Positions 11,068 through 23,700 of a stretch of DNA of 64,000 bases are shown piece by piece. The notes below the pieces were generated by a model that searched no databases, was not told the DNA's origin, and saw nothing but the letters and a program-made list of their open reading frames with translations. Made by a program: the position numbers and the translations under genes. The stretch is taken from assembly GCA_010909165.1 (NCBI GenBank), contig VJWM01000134.1, positions 62,001 through 126,000 of the forward strand, given 5' to 3'. Source of the stretch: Anthoceros angustus (taxonomy: Eukaryota > Plantae > Anthocerotophyta). Position 1 is the stretch's first letter; the number at the start of each line of letters is the position of its first letter.

Positions 11068-13177
11068 GGTTGCTGGGTCTCTGAACCTTCCAATGCACCT
11101 CTTTGACTTGCTACGTAGCTGTCAGCAACTGCTGAATGCGCAATCCCTGCCCTCTCGCTGCTGGCTTTGGTTTTGTGTTTCCTCCTGCCTGCCCTCAGAC
11201 TCTAACACCCCTCCATCCTCTCCCAGGCCCACCATTGTCTCTCCACACACCTGCCTAACGTCCTCAGCTCGATTCACAAGGACTGGCCCTGGCTTCCCCT
11301 ATCTCACTCCGCGGGCTGTTCCAATGCTCAGCTTCAGGCAAGTCTTCAAGCTCCAACGTAACATAGGTGTGTTAGCTGTGTAGTACCAGGTATGCTCGCG
11401 TTTTGCTCTCAGCTCCCTTCACTCGATCATTGACAATCACTCAAACCAATGAGACAATCACTCAAATCGATGACAATCACCCAAACAAGAATCGCACAAT
11501 CTCAACAGGGGCTGCCCTGTTTTATGCGACTTCTGCTTCTCCGATCCTGCTTGCTTCACATGCCCGCAGAAAGAGGCGTCACAACAGGCTCGATCCGACT
11601 AGCATCTGTCAAACAAGGGCTGCCTAACCCCTGCATTGGCAGCTGCGGCACCAAGGCATTTGTGATACGAATGCCATCACGGATTACGCACCACTGTTTG
11701 GTCCCACCCACACCGTCCTCACATTCGACACAACACGTCCTCACTAGACTCCTCCTAAAATCAGGAGTGAACATATATCATTTCCAACGCAATTCGGGAA
11801 GGACGCTCCCCAAAGTTCAACCCAATTTTGCCAAGAAATCGCAGTAGCTAATCTCGTCGGAGCACATGGCCGGCTAAATCTCAGTTCCCGAGGCCGGGCG
11901 GGATGCACCAACAAGCAGCCACTTCAGCTCCCTGCTCGTTGTGAAGAAAACTTCCTTGGGAGGCCCAGATTCATTCTCCTTCAGTGATCGGCTACTGTGT
12001 CACACCTCCAAATCTCGGCCATGCATATGGGACCACCTGGCACCACAAAACCTGATCCAGGCTACGGTTGAATCTACCTCCCGAGCACGTCTAGGACAGA
12101 TGTTTCCTGGACATGTTGGCCATGTTACTTCACACAGAGGAAGGACGCTCTCGACTCAAGCTTTCCCCAGCTGTTGCTCACCGAGAGCTTTGTCAAATCG
12201 TCCTAGATACAGTTTCAGAGCTAATCTTGGGAAATCGGTCATTGCTATCTGCCATTATTTCCACACTTGTAACTGCTACAGATGATGGCACACAATGACA
12301 GGGTGTCTCCACATCTATTTCCTATTCTACAGACTCTACACTCTACCCTGCAGGCCACTGGACAGATGTTCCAGTTAGTTTGTCAGATCAATTCCTCACC
12401 AACCACAGTGGAGTTGGATTACCCTCAGCATTTCATGATATGCTGCCATTCTTGATCCTGATGTAGTCTTCGGGCCGGAATCAACAGCAAGAATTTGAGC
12501 GCTAGCGTTTCCTACTGAATGATGAGAGTGCTAGGATCGTAGAAAGCGCACGAGGGGTATGAGCCAACCTTTGGAATAAGAGCTCCATCAGAGGTCAACC
12601 CCGTTGACTTAGACTCTTCAAAACTCACTTTGTGACCTCTGACATTCACATACAGTACGAAGGACGAGCTCTCGACTCCATCTTTCCCGATACATGCTCA
12701 GCTGCAGTCAATCTCTCAACGAACGCTTTGCCGATTCGTTTTCAATTTCAGAGCTCACAGACCATGGCCAGGAAATCAATCATTCCAACTTGCCACTGTT
12801 CGCGCACTTGTAACTGCTACAGAAATTGGCACACGGATGACCGTGTGTCTCAAAATTCATCTCCTTAGTCATGATACACACTGCAGGCCCCTGGACAGTG
12901 GATGCCACAACTTGCTGCTGCTGCCGCCAGCCAATGTTCACAACGGTGAACTCGTTCGCGGGATCTTCTTCAAATCCTTTGAGTAGCGAGCAGCGGCCCA
13001 TGGCCATGGCAATGGAGAAGAAGCAATGCAATGTACAAGAATTCAAGAGTTCTGCGACATGGTATGAAAAGCCAGCACCTTACATAGTGGCCACTAGCCA
13101 CACTGGTGACAACCAGTGTCACCTATTGCATACTTGCCTTCTCATCCTCCTAACATTGAGCAGCAGAAATCGATCCA

Positions 13178-14065
13178 TCAAGGACAGAAGATGACATTGT
13201 AGTTGGTGCCGTGGGGGCAAGTGAAGGTGGAGGTGGCGTCGTCGAAGTTGTAGCTGTAGGAGGAGGGCAGGCGGCCTTGAACAGGCGGGTGCCGTCCGAG
13301 GGGCCTCGGCCGGCGGTGCCGTCGGTATTGATGCAGGAGAGCGCGCCGGAGGGCAGGCTCAGCAGCTGGTTGTTGGCGCCGCAGAAGGAGGGATGTCGGG
13401 GATGGAGCAGGAAGGTGCGCCGCAGCCGCTGGCGACGGGCTGGATCTTGAGGCCGATGGTGTAGGCGTTCACGTTGCTCACGTCGTAGAAGTCGGTGGGG
13501 CTTGCCAGGTTGAATTCAGCCAAATCGGCCAGGTTCTTGTCGTTGGCGGCGGCAGGGTTTCCTCCGGGCGCCACGCACTGCCCTCGCACCGACGCCCATA
13601 TGCTCGCGGACGGCCAGCTGCAAGCGGACCCGAAGTCCAGGGTCTGCGACTGGCCCGCAGCCAGCTGGAACTGCGCGACAGGGTCGGCCCTGGATTGCAC
13701 GCAGCTGGTGATGGAGTAGGGGCACTGGTTCTGTATCTGCACGTAGCACCCTGCGCTTTCATCCACCATTCCACACATTCAAACAAACAAACATGTTAAG
13801 AACGTTTGAGGGCACAAGTTCTAGTTAATCCTCTAGACCTCAAAATGACAATGAATAATGTAATATATGCTTCATCAATCTGCACAAAGCAAGTAGATGA
13901 CTGCATATAACTCAACATGAGAATGAATAATGTAATACATGCTTCATCAATCTGCACAAAGCAAGTAGATGATCGCATATAAGCTGCGAGATGCACCTTG
14001 CACGGTCATCAAGCTAGTTGCCACCAGACCAGAAGAACCCACACCGTATTGGATCCGCTGGCCAT
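13178..14065 (-). CDS. Thaumatin-like protein TLP-B1; 2 exons (14065-13997, 13750-13178)
   Basis: Exon 1 [12 protein letters not shown].. ends CAAG|GT. Exon 2 runs [17 protein letters not shown]...[11 protein letters not shown]...[26 protein letters not shown]. The intron contains a ~62-bp tandem duplication. Confidence 0.9.
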
Positions 14066-14117
14066 CTTGTAGTAGAATCGTACCGTCTGTGGAAGCATGT
14101 GCATGTGTGGGACATCA

Positions 14118-14700
14118 ATAAATTAAGAGTTGTGTAAATATCATGTTCAAGTACAATAGATAAACCTAAAACACTAACCTATAGAAAAATGATGACGTTG
14201 AGATGATACTTGAACTTCTTTTAGTATACTCACACATATATAGGCAAAGTAAGAACACGTGGGTTCGACATATTTTGCTCTCTCTCGATGATGGCTCTAA
14301 AAGTTTCTTTTAATGTGTTTAATGTAATTGAAGGGACACCGACTCTTGATGAATCCCTTAAGAGTCTACAAGGTTAGTTGAACTATAACATTATTCACAA
14401 CAAGGCCATTATTACCGATTAATGCTACTACATACATGAAGACAGCTCTTGCAAATGAAGTACTCTTGGCGCAATTGTGGGTCACGGTGTTCGAGAAAGC
14501 ATAAATTATAGGCTATCACCCCAATTGAACCGGCAGCAATTGCGGTGTCACTCCACAGACTAACAATTACGGATTGTTGATCAATCCAACTCGGATTGTT
14601 GATCAATCCAACTTTAGATTGTTGATCAATCCAAGCGATAGATGAGCGGATAGATTCAATTAGCCACAACTCATGTACACAAAACTCCTTCTTCATGAAG
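14118..14700. repeat. AT-rich block R1, repeated within the unit at ~19545-20100
   Basis: ATGTTCAAGTACAATAGA..CCTAAAACACTAACCTATAGAA.. is shared by both copies. It also occurs at ~35385/40985 and ~50555/56465. The second copy carries a (GATA)n microsatellite at ~20015-20039. Confidence 0.85.
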
Positions 14701-15002
14701 GCAGCTTCAACGTGTGCAACAGCAAAGCTGACAAAAATGCCCCAACACTTGTAATGAAAACAAAAACCATGTGAGATTCCTATAAAGCTCAGGCGCTCGA
14801 GTCCTATCATGCGTTGTAGTAGTACTGCACTCAGCACATAATTTAGGTTGTCACCACGTCACTGGAACCGCCCTATAAGACCATAGTGCCCTCCAACACT
14901 CCCGGGCAAATTAAGCAAGCACATGCTATATAACATAGTCCGATCCTGCATATCGAGAACCTTCCCAAACATCTCACAGTCACATTCACCGGACCAGTAC
15001 CT

Positions 15003-15300
15003 GGGGCAGTGGTTCTGTATCTACACGTAGCACCCTGCACTTTCGTCCACCATCCCACACAAACAACCAAACAAACAAAGAAATAAACAAACAGGTTAGA
15101 ACGTTTATGCGCACAAGTTTTAGTCAATCCTCTAGAGTTCGTGGATCGATTCAATAATGTATGCTTCATCAATGCGGAAGCAAGTAGTCGATGTAATGCA
15201 GTCGGTGGCTTAGATAATTGCGAGATGCACGGTGTGGCCATCGCTGCCACGAGCGCTAATACAAGAACCCAGCTGCGTTGGAACTAGATCCACTAGCCAT
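15003..15300 (-). pseudogene. TLP-C1: 5' stub of a third thaumatin paralog
   Basis: Exon 1 MASGSSSNAAWVLVLAL.., an intron, then TGC TAC GTG TAG (Gln to stop); homology ends ~30 nt later. The upstream TATA (15453-15457) and flanks are homologous to the TLP-A promoter. Confidence 0.85.
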
Positions 15301-16339
15301 CTCGATAGAATCGAAGAAAGTCTCAGGAGTATGTGCCTCCTAGGAGTCGAGCATGTCTTTGTGGTGGGCGATCGGAAAGTACGTAGCTAGTGCGGTGGAG
15401 ATGAGAGCAAAAAGTTTGAAGACGGTGAGCCATCATTGCCTCTGCTGCGAGCTTATATGGGCGCTGCAGTCAATGGGTGGTGGCGACTGCAGATCTAGAT
15501 GGGAAGGGTGAGTAGGTATCCATGGTTTGCATCGATATCACCACTTCTTTCCAAGTTCCGCAACCTCTTTCACCAACTGAGAGCCGCTCATGTCGGCTCT
15601 CTTTCCATCTCATTATCCACATGTTCACGATCTCTGAGAACCAGTCCCGAGGCCACTTGTCTGAAGCCAAGCGAGGCCTTGTCTCCGAACCCCTGTCGTC
15701 CAAAGCAAAGGGAAAATAGTTTCATACGTATGCAAATTGTACTTGTTATGCAAATGGTTAAAACCGATTTTCACTCTTTTCCTTGGAAAATTTTAAATAT
15801 TTGTAGTAGTTTCTCACAAGACACCTTATCTATATATAGCAATCTACTACAACAATTATTGCAAATGAGCTTCGACAACTCTTTATAATTCAGCTAACAT
15901 GACAAGTCTACACTTTAGTAGCTCTTACAATGTTGATTACAACAACAATTTGGAATGACAATCACGAAGATACCGATAAGCGTCGTTTTTAATAGTTTTG
16001 AGGCAACATATTACTATTATATTCAACCAATTGAGAGGCTTGTCAATGAGATGTTTATCCTCCAACGTTCTCTACATCAACCGCATGCTATTGTTGTTTT
16101 GTTGTGAACTTTGTCACTTAAAGGATTACAAATAGTGCCCGTATAAACTACGTGGTCAATGTTGTCGGTGTCTGAGGTCCAATGTTGAGCAGGTGATTGT
16201 CATTTACAAAATTGTAGGAAATCTTGGACTAGGTTGAATACCAATTTCGGATGCGTTGTGGGAGATTTGCGCACGACTAGATTGCATTAAAATTTGAATG
16301 ATCTATGATTAGTGCTAAAGTCGCATCCAAGATAATTGC

Positions 16340-18420
16340 TTCAAATACATCACCATGAAATTAATCACCTACACTACAAGAGAGGAAATGAAAAGGAAAA
16401 GAACAATAAATCTAGTACCTCCTTTTGGTGGGAGAGCATATTCCATCCGGAGGAGGTATGTTGTCGAGGAGGTATAATCAGGTTGGCGGGTCGTCTATTC
16501 TTGAACATGGGAGGACGCACAATTGGCGTAGGAGGTATAATCGCCCTAGGTGGTATAATAGGCATAGGAGTTACAATTTGTCAATGAAGTACCATAAATC
16601 AGTGTTAAAATCACATGCAAATTTGCTCCAAGGTACTTCTGCCATGAAACTAGTCTCTCCTAGAATGAGGGAGGCCTATAGAAAAAATAAAAATAAACAA
16701 AAAAAGGAACTTAAGTGTACCTATTTCTAGATCTTGATCTGAGAACTCGCATGCTCGCTGGTGCAAGAGGTACATTCGACCTGGAAGATATCATATGTTA
16801 GTATAGAGATCACATCCAAGTTTGCTTCAATTGTTGCCATGAAACTAAGGGTGGAGGCACCCTTTACATTTGTCTTGTCGACCTTTCCGGAGATACATCG
16901 TTCGCCCATGACACTCTAGCCCTCCTTCTACACGATGGCACGTTGATCTCTGTCTGTTAATCCTTGCCACAGCGGTCAAATCTCTGCCGTCCGGGTGGTA
17001 CAATGCATAGGAAGCACAATCGACCTAGAAGGTTCATTCGGCGAGAGAAGGTTCATTCGGCGGAAAACATTCATTTGGTGCGAGAAGGTTCATCCGGTGA
17101 AGGTTCATTCGTGGTGAAAGTACATTTTGCCTACGGATATGATCCCCTATGAGATACCATAGATCGGTGTTAAAATCACATGCAAGTTTACTTCAACCAC
17201 ACGAAACTAATCATGAGCTGCAATAAGAAAGGCTCAAGAAAGAAAAAATGAAAAGAAACTTGTGTGCTTGATCCGAGAACTCGCGAGCTCGCTAGTGAAG
17301 GAGTTATATTCGACCTGGAAGGTATCGTATGTTAGTGTAGAATCACGGCAAAGTTTGCTTCAATTGTTGCCATGAAACTAAGGGTGCAGATACCCTTTAA
17401 ATTTATCTTGTCAACCTTTGTGGAGAGACGTTGTTTGCCCATGACACTCTTGCCCTCTTGCTACGTGATGGCACAGTTGATCCCTGTCCTGTTGATCCTT
17501 GCCCTCTTGTAGTCAAATCAACCGCCGGCGCCGCCACAGGTGGTACAAGCAATGTAGTAGGCACAATCGACGTAGAAGGTTCATTTGGTAGAGAAGGTTC
17601 GTTCGGTGGAGAAGGTTCATTCGTGCGAAGGTTCATCCGGCAGTGAAGGTTCATTCGGTGGTGAAAGTACATTTTGCCTACCGGATATGATCCCCCTATG
17701 AGATACCATAGATCAGTGTTAAAATCACATGCAAGTTTACTTCAACCGCTGCCCTGAAACTAATCATGAGCTGCAATAAGAAAGGCTCAAGAAAGAAAAA
17801 ATGAAAAAGAAACTTGTACTGGCCACTGCTTGATCTGAGAACTCGCGAGCTCGCTAGTGAAGGAGTTATATTCGACGAAGGTATCGTATGTTAGTGTAGA
17901 ATCACGGCAAAGTTTGCTTCAATTGTTGCCATGAAACTAAGGGTATATACCCTTTAAATTTATCTTGTCAACCTTTGTGGAGAGACGTTGTTTGCCCATG
18001 ACACTCTTGCCCTCTTGCTACGTGATGGCAGTTGATCCACTGTCTGCTGATCCTTGCCCTCTTGTAGTCAAATCAACCACGCCGCCACGAATTGGTACAA
18101 GCAATGTAGTAGGCACAATAGAAGGTTCATTTGGTAGAGAAGGTTCGTTCGGTGGAGAAGGTTCATTGGTGCGAGAAGGTTCATTGTAAAGCGCATTTAG
18201 CGCAGATACAATCCCCTCAGATACCATAGATCAATGTTAAAATCACATGCAAGTTTACTTCAAGCACCGGAGCCCTTAACCTAATCATGACCTGCAATGA
18301 GGAAGGCTTAGGAAAGGGAAAAAAAGAAAGAAAAAATGAAAAAGAAACTTGTACCGGCCATTGTTTGATCTAAGAATTCGCAAGCTCGTTGGTGTAGGAG
18401 GTATATTCGACCTGGAAGAT
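16340..18420 (-). repeat. Three ~550-bp tandem modules of NEPSxx-encoding 18-bp repeats plus PLATZ C-terminal tail/3' region
   Basis: Markers TTAAAATCACATGCAA (~16607, 17172, 17720, 18240) and AAGTTTGCTTCAATTGTTGCC (~16818, 17352, 17910, 18458). Translation NEPSPPNEPSLPNEPS..GSTVPSRSKRARVSW matches the PLATZ tail GSTALSHSRRARVSS. Confidence 0.85.
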
Positions 18421-18421
18421 A

Positions 18422-19246
18422 TTATATATTAGCACATGTGCAGAGATCATATATCCAAGTTTGCTTCAATTGTTGCCAAGAAAATAAGGGAGCAGGAACC
18501 CTTTGTCTTGTCGACCTTTCTGGAGGTACATTGTTTGTCGATGACACTCTTGCCCTTCTGCTATGCGACAGCGCAGTTGATCCCTGTCCTTGTGATCTTT
18601 GCCCTATTGCAGGCGAATCAACCGGTGCCACCACTCTCTCATCAAGGTTGTTAAGATTTTTTATAAGAACCAATCCTTCATATTCGCGACTTCTTACAGC
18701 TATGACCTTGCAATTAATGCTGCAAAACCAATCCGTGGTCACCAGTTTTGTTCTGCATCACATGTTTTGCACACTAATTCTTTCCCATTTGGTTTTCCTT
18801 CTTGATTCCCAAGAAATATACTTCATAATTATTAGATCGACAAATACGGATATGCGAAGATCAATACTTCAAGTATGTCCGCATTTTAAAATGGTGAAGG
18901 ATGCCCTATGAACATCTTCGTAGATGAAGAATTCGATGACTGCATGATTTTGTTGTACTCCTATGGTACAAAGCGGTCCTTCACGACAAGTAACACAATA
19001 TTTTGCAAATTCAGATCTTTCTTATTGAGTTTAGCTCCATCTCGCTCCATGATATCTGCAAGGCCTTTGCTCCGCCTTTCATGACTTTCGGGGTCTAGGT
19101 TTGGTTGGAAAATATGCATCTCTATTGTTCACCAAATCTACGATCCAATGTGTAAGCACAAGGTCACGTGAATCATCATTCCTTACATATGAGGCATCAT
19201 TTGTGAGTTCTTCCTCTGTTTCACTATCACGTGCTTCAGCCTCCAT
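18422..19246 (-). CDS. PLATZ-family zinc-finger transcription factor, apparently intronless, frameshifted as assembled
   Basis: C-RY-H..KYCVTCREGPLC..NHAGHRILHLRRCSY and CKTCD..DWFCSINCKV match the two PLATZ zinc-binding regions. Confidence 0.78.
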
Positions 19247-20768
19247 TTTGTAAGTTGCTGTACTTTACACCAAAGTTGCAGATAAATGGTACATATTCAA
19301 ACTCATACTCCTTGATGTGATGTGCACTATGTTTCGTCCATCCTCTTGCACAACATAAAATAAACAGCAATGTATGAATAATGGTCCAATGTCCACTATC
19401 AGCAATTAATATGTAAGTACTAGCAACAGTAAGAAAACATATATAGAATTGCGTAGATAAAATCAACAGTCCACCTAATACTCATCATGAAAGTTTGATG
19501 TAAGAACATCAAGAAACTAAATATATAATCATAAAATTAACAAACAACATAAATAAAATAAGAGTTAAGTACGTATAATGTTCAAGTACAATAGAGAAGC
19601 CTAAAACACTAACCTATAGAATAATGATGATGTTGAGGTAGGACTTGAACTTGGTTTAGTATACACACACATATATAGACAGACTAAGAACGCGTGGGTT
19701 CGACATATTTTGATCTCTTTCGAGGATGGCTCTAAATTATTTTTTAATGTGTTTAATGTAATAGAAGGGACACTGACACTTAATGAATCCCTTAAGAGTC
19801 TACAAGTTACTTGAACTATAACATTATTCACAACAAGACCATTATTAAAGATCATGAATGCTACTACTTACACGAAGATAGCTGTCGCAAATGAAGTACT
19901 ACTAGCACAATAATTGTGGGCTGTCAATACTTACTCCAGCTGAACCAGCAATTGTGGACTATCACTCCAGTAGAACCGACAATTGTGGATTGTTGAACAC
20001 TCCAATTTATAATAGATAGATAGATAGATAGATAGATAAATATATTTGTACGCGCTGCAATTGGACAAGCAATGACTACCTTACGTACAAGATAAGCACA
20101 TCGCTAGCACAAGTTGCTTGTGGCATACAAAGTGGTGTACATATATGTGTGAGCAGCTATTGGATTTGGAGTGCTTGAATTCATGAGTGTCTCAATAATG
20201 TTGGGTTTAAATAAATTTGGACTTCCTTCTCACAAGGGGTTTTGAACTTTCTTTCATACCATAATGCACTCCAAGAGGGTTTGCACGGGCATAAAGAGTT
20301 TGGCTGAGAGATAAGAGGTATCGGATTCATGAGACTGCCTCTCGAGATTGGGTGATAAGCATTGGAGAGGTATCAGATTCATGAGACTGCCTCTCGATAT
20401 TGGGTGATAAGCATTAGATCGATCAATTCTTTTTTAATCAATATAGCTAGGCATTTTCGTAGTTATAATTTTATATTCATAACTAGGTAATAGATGATTG
20501 ATCCTGTGTTGGCAGCCCAAGCTGCGAGTCAATATCGAATCGAACAAGCCATAGAATACTAATGACTTCATTTCCTAAAACCGGATGAAAAGAGTAAATA
20601 CTATGGATATGTCCTGCTTGCACATCGTCTACAACCAAGGAGAACGCATGGAGAGAAAAAATCTACAAGCAAGGAGAACGCATGGAGAGAAAAAAACGAC
20701 AGGGGATGAGTTACCTAAACGCCTTGATAACGAATCGGGCCGATGGCATCGGCAACAGTGAAACATAT

Positions 20769-23700
20769 TGTTAGAAATCTATAGGATTGGTGCAACACAT
20801 CACATATTAGAGTTATGAGTATAAGTCCTAGAAGTATATAGGATTATCCTGTGAGCGAGATAGGGTTTCATACTATCGAGAGTATGACAAGGCCAAAGGC
20901 TATATATGTATGCATAGCACACCATTTCTAATGTATCGAACACAGGAATTACTGCTTTCTAACATGGTATCGGGAGATGCGTAAAGTACTGCACCACCCT
21001 GTGTGGGACTGTTGCCACTTGTCTTCTATTGCATTGTTTGTAGTTATGCAGACTAAGTGTCTGTGAAAGCTCGTTTGCAATTTTTAGCTTGGTAGTAGTT
21101 TTGGTGCGAGGAACTTTTGTCTTGTCTTTGCATAGCTTTCAGAGGTGTGCATATGGAGACTACGCGTCAAGTGGAGAAGTTTGATGGCGTGAACTTCACA
21201 TTATGGAAGTTGAAGCTAAAATCTCTTCTCATTGTGGATTGTGGAAGTTTGTGGAAAATGGACTTCCGGATGGCGCTTCGAAAAGGATATAGACAAGGAT
21301 GCGAAAGCCTTGGCTAATATTATCTGAATGTGTCGATGACATTCTCTCACAATTGAGCGAGTGTGTCTCTTCGCAGGATGCATGGAAAATTCTTTGCACG
21401 TGAGAAGAAGAGCATTGTGAGCGAAATGCTGAAAGTCAATTCTCCAACTTCAAGATGGTTGAGGCGACACGTTCAACAACATGTCAACAAGTTGAAAAGC
21501 TTGGTTGATCAAATGAGGGAGGCGAGATCAAACCTTGAGGGTAAGGTGATCACACCGCAGTAGTTTGCCACCATCATGTAGGCAATTTTATTGTCTTATA
21601 GGGCATCCGTAGCGATGCGTCCAAGTGACAATCAACCAACCTTTGATGAGGTGGTTAGATTACTCCTACAAGAGGAGCTTGATGGTTCTTTCCGGACACA
21701 AGGCAACGAAGGCTTGGCACTCTTCTCAAGAAGGGCACATCACGGTGGAAGACCTGCAAGCCAAGTCTCTAGAAGGGACAAAGGATACAGATGCAAAGAG
21801 AAAGGTGAAAGGCTTTTGTTATTATTGCGGAAGCCCAATCACCACGCAAAGGGCGTAAAATAAGATTGGCGGACTTGAAGAAGGAAATCATCCCAAGCTA
21901 ATCAAGTCGTGAGAAGGACCAAGAACACATCTTGGCGTGCTTCACCGAAAGAGATCAAGCGACTTCATCAAAGAAGGATGAGAGTTTGTACCTTGACTCG
22001 GTGCATCCCAAGATTTCGCTTATAACCTTCCTTGGTTCTCAAGCTACGAGGTATTGCGGAGGGGCATACGGTGGCGCTTGGTGACAATAGGTCACATGAC
22101 ATCAAGGAAGAGGAGTGTTACGAGTCCATCTTCCGGAGGGATCACAGTATTAAGGGCGTGCATCATGTGCCTCATCTTGCGAGGAATCTTCTTTCGCATA
22201 AAAATTGCCGATCAGTCATGAGGTTGTGTTCAATTCCAAAAGGATTTGGATCCAATGAGCACTGAGTTATCGAATGCTAAAGTGATTGCTAGGCGTCCAG
22301 TAGGAAATTTGTACAAGTTGTGTGCTTCTGTGGGAAGGCAAGCTTGCACCTTTATGGACAGTTCGCAAAATAGCATTAGATCTATTGATTTATGGCATCA
22401 ACGTCTAGGGCACATTGGTGTGGACAATATCAGGTTGATGAAGAACCAACATATGGTTACAGGCTTGGATTTGAAAGAAGTGGGTGAGCTGCAATTATGC
22501 CAAGGGTGCATAATGGGAAAGCTACACCGAACTAAGTTCCCAAGGATTGCAGCGCGACGAGCAAAGATGGCGCTAGAGTTGGTACACACGGATGTGTGTA
22601 GTCCAATGAAAAATCCCACTCATGGCGGAGCCCGCTACATTCGTGTTTGTGGATGATTTCACTAGGAAGACTGGACATATCTTATGAAGGAGAAATCCGG
22701 TATTTACACTCTTCAAGGAATGGAAAGCCATGGTGGAGAGCATGAAGTGGACAACGTCAAGACTTTGCGTGGTGACAACGGAGGTGAATACATCTCCACT
22801 AACTTCCAACGCTTTTGCAAGGAGCATGGAATTGGAAGGCAACTAACCATCCCTCACACACCGGAGCAAAATGGAGTGGCGGAGCGCAAACTTAGAGTCC
22901 GTGGAGGCAGCTAAATGCATGTTACATCATAGTGGCTTGGAAGTACGTTTTGGGGTGAGGTCATGTTACTGACAACCTGTTTTGAATCGAGTTCCAACCA
23001 AAGCTATTGTTGGAATGACCGGAGGAAGCGTGGTCAGCGTCAAGCCCGACATAAGCCATTTGAGGATCTTTGGTTCGATGGTTTATGCTCACGTTCAAGC
23101 AAACCCGAACAAAATGGGATCCAAAAGGCGTGAAGTGCCTTATGCTTGGATACTCTCGAGATTAAGGGCTCTGGGTTGTATGATCTTTCAAGGAAGAAGA
23201 TCATTTTAGCGAGGACGTTGTATTTAATGAGGTTGTGGAACCCATCAAAGGAGTGGGAGCTCCAACCCCAGCGGTTATCATGAAGGATCCGACGGCATAT
23301 GTTGACAACCCTGACGAGGATTCTGAGTATGATGACACTCTTGAGCAACCTGCCCCTGAGCCCAACGAACCTTCTCAACAATGCGACATAGAGGGGGGAG
23401 AAAGGGAAATTCCTGATGTCGCGATTGGAGAAGTAGATGAAGATCAAAGCATTGTCGTAATTGAGAAGAGGAAGCTCAAGTATTCGAGAGAGACAACCAA
23501 TCTTGAGAAGATCAACGAGACAATGGAAACCTTCAAGATCTTGGAATCCATGAATGCATGTGTGTATGAGGAGGCATGGTTGGCGATGCGAACCACAAAG
23601 CCTAAGGAAGCATTGGAAGGACCAAAGGCAAAGGAGTGGAAAGAAGTGACAAGTGAGTATAACTCTCTTCTCAAGAACAAAACTTGGGCAATCACTCCTC

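Larger units (their letters stand above)
5227..20190. repeat. Macro-repeat unit U1 (~14.96 kb)
   Basis: CTCAATA.TGTTGGGTTTAAATAAATT recurs at 5227, 20191, 41619 and 57137, followed by colinear gene content. Confidence 0.96.

Noticed and set aside
11100-13170. ORFs such as 11449-11847, 11941-12285 and 12871-13194
   Set aside because: No recognisable domain, and frames change between near-identical units. Part of the region is the TLP-B 3' flank.
15700-16330. Cys/Tyr-rich short ORFs (YCCFCCELCH)
   Set aside because: AT-rich sequence, no consistent frame across units and no zinc-finger spacing I could match.
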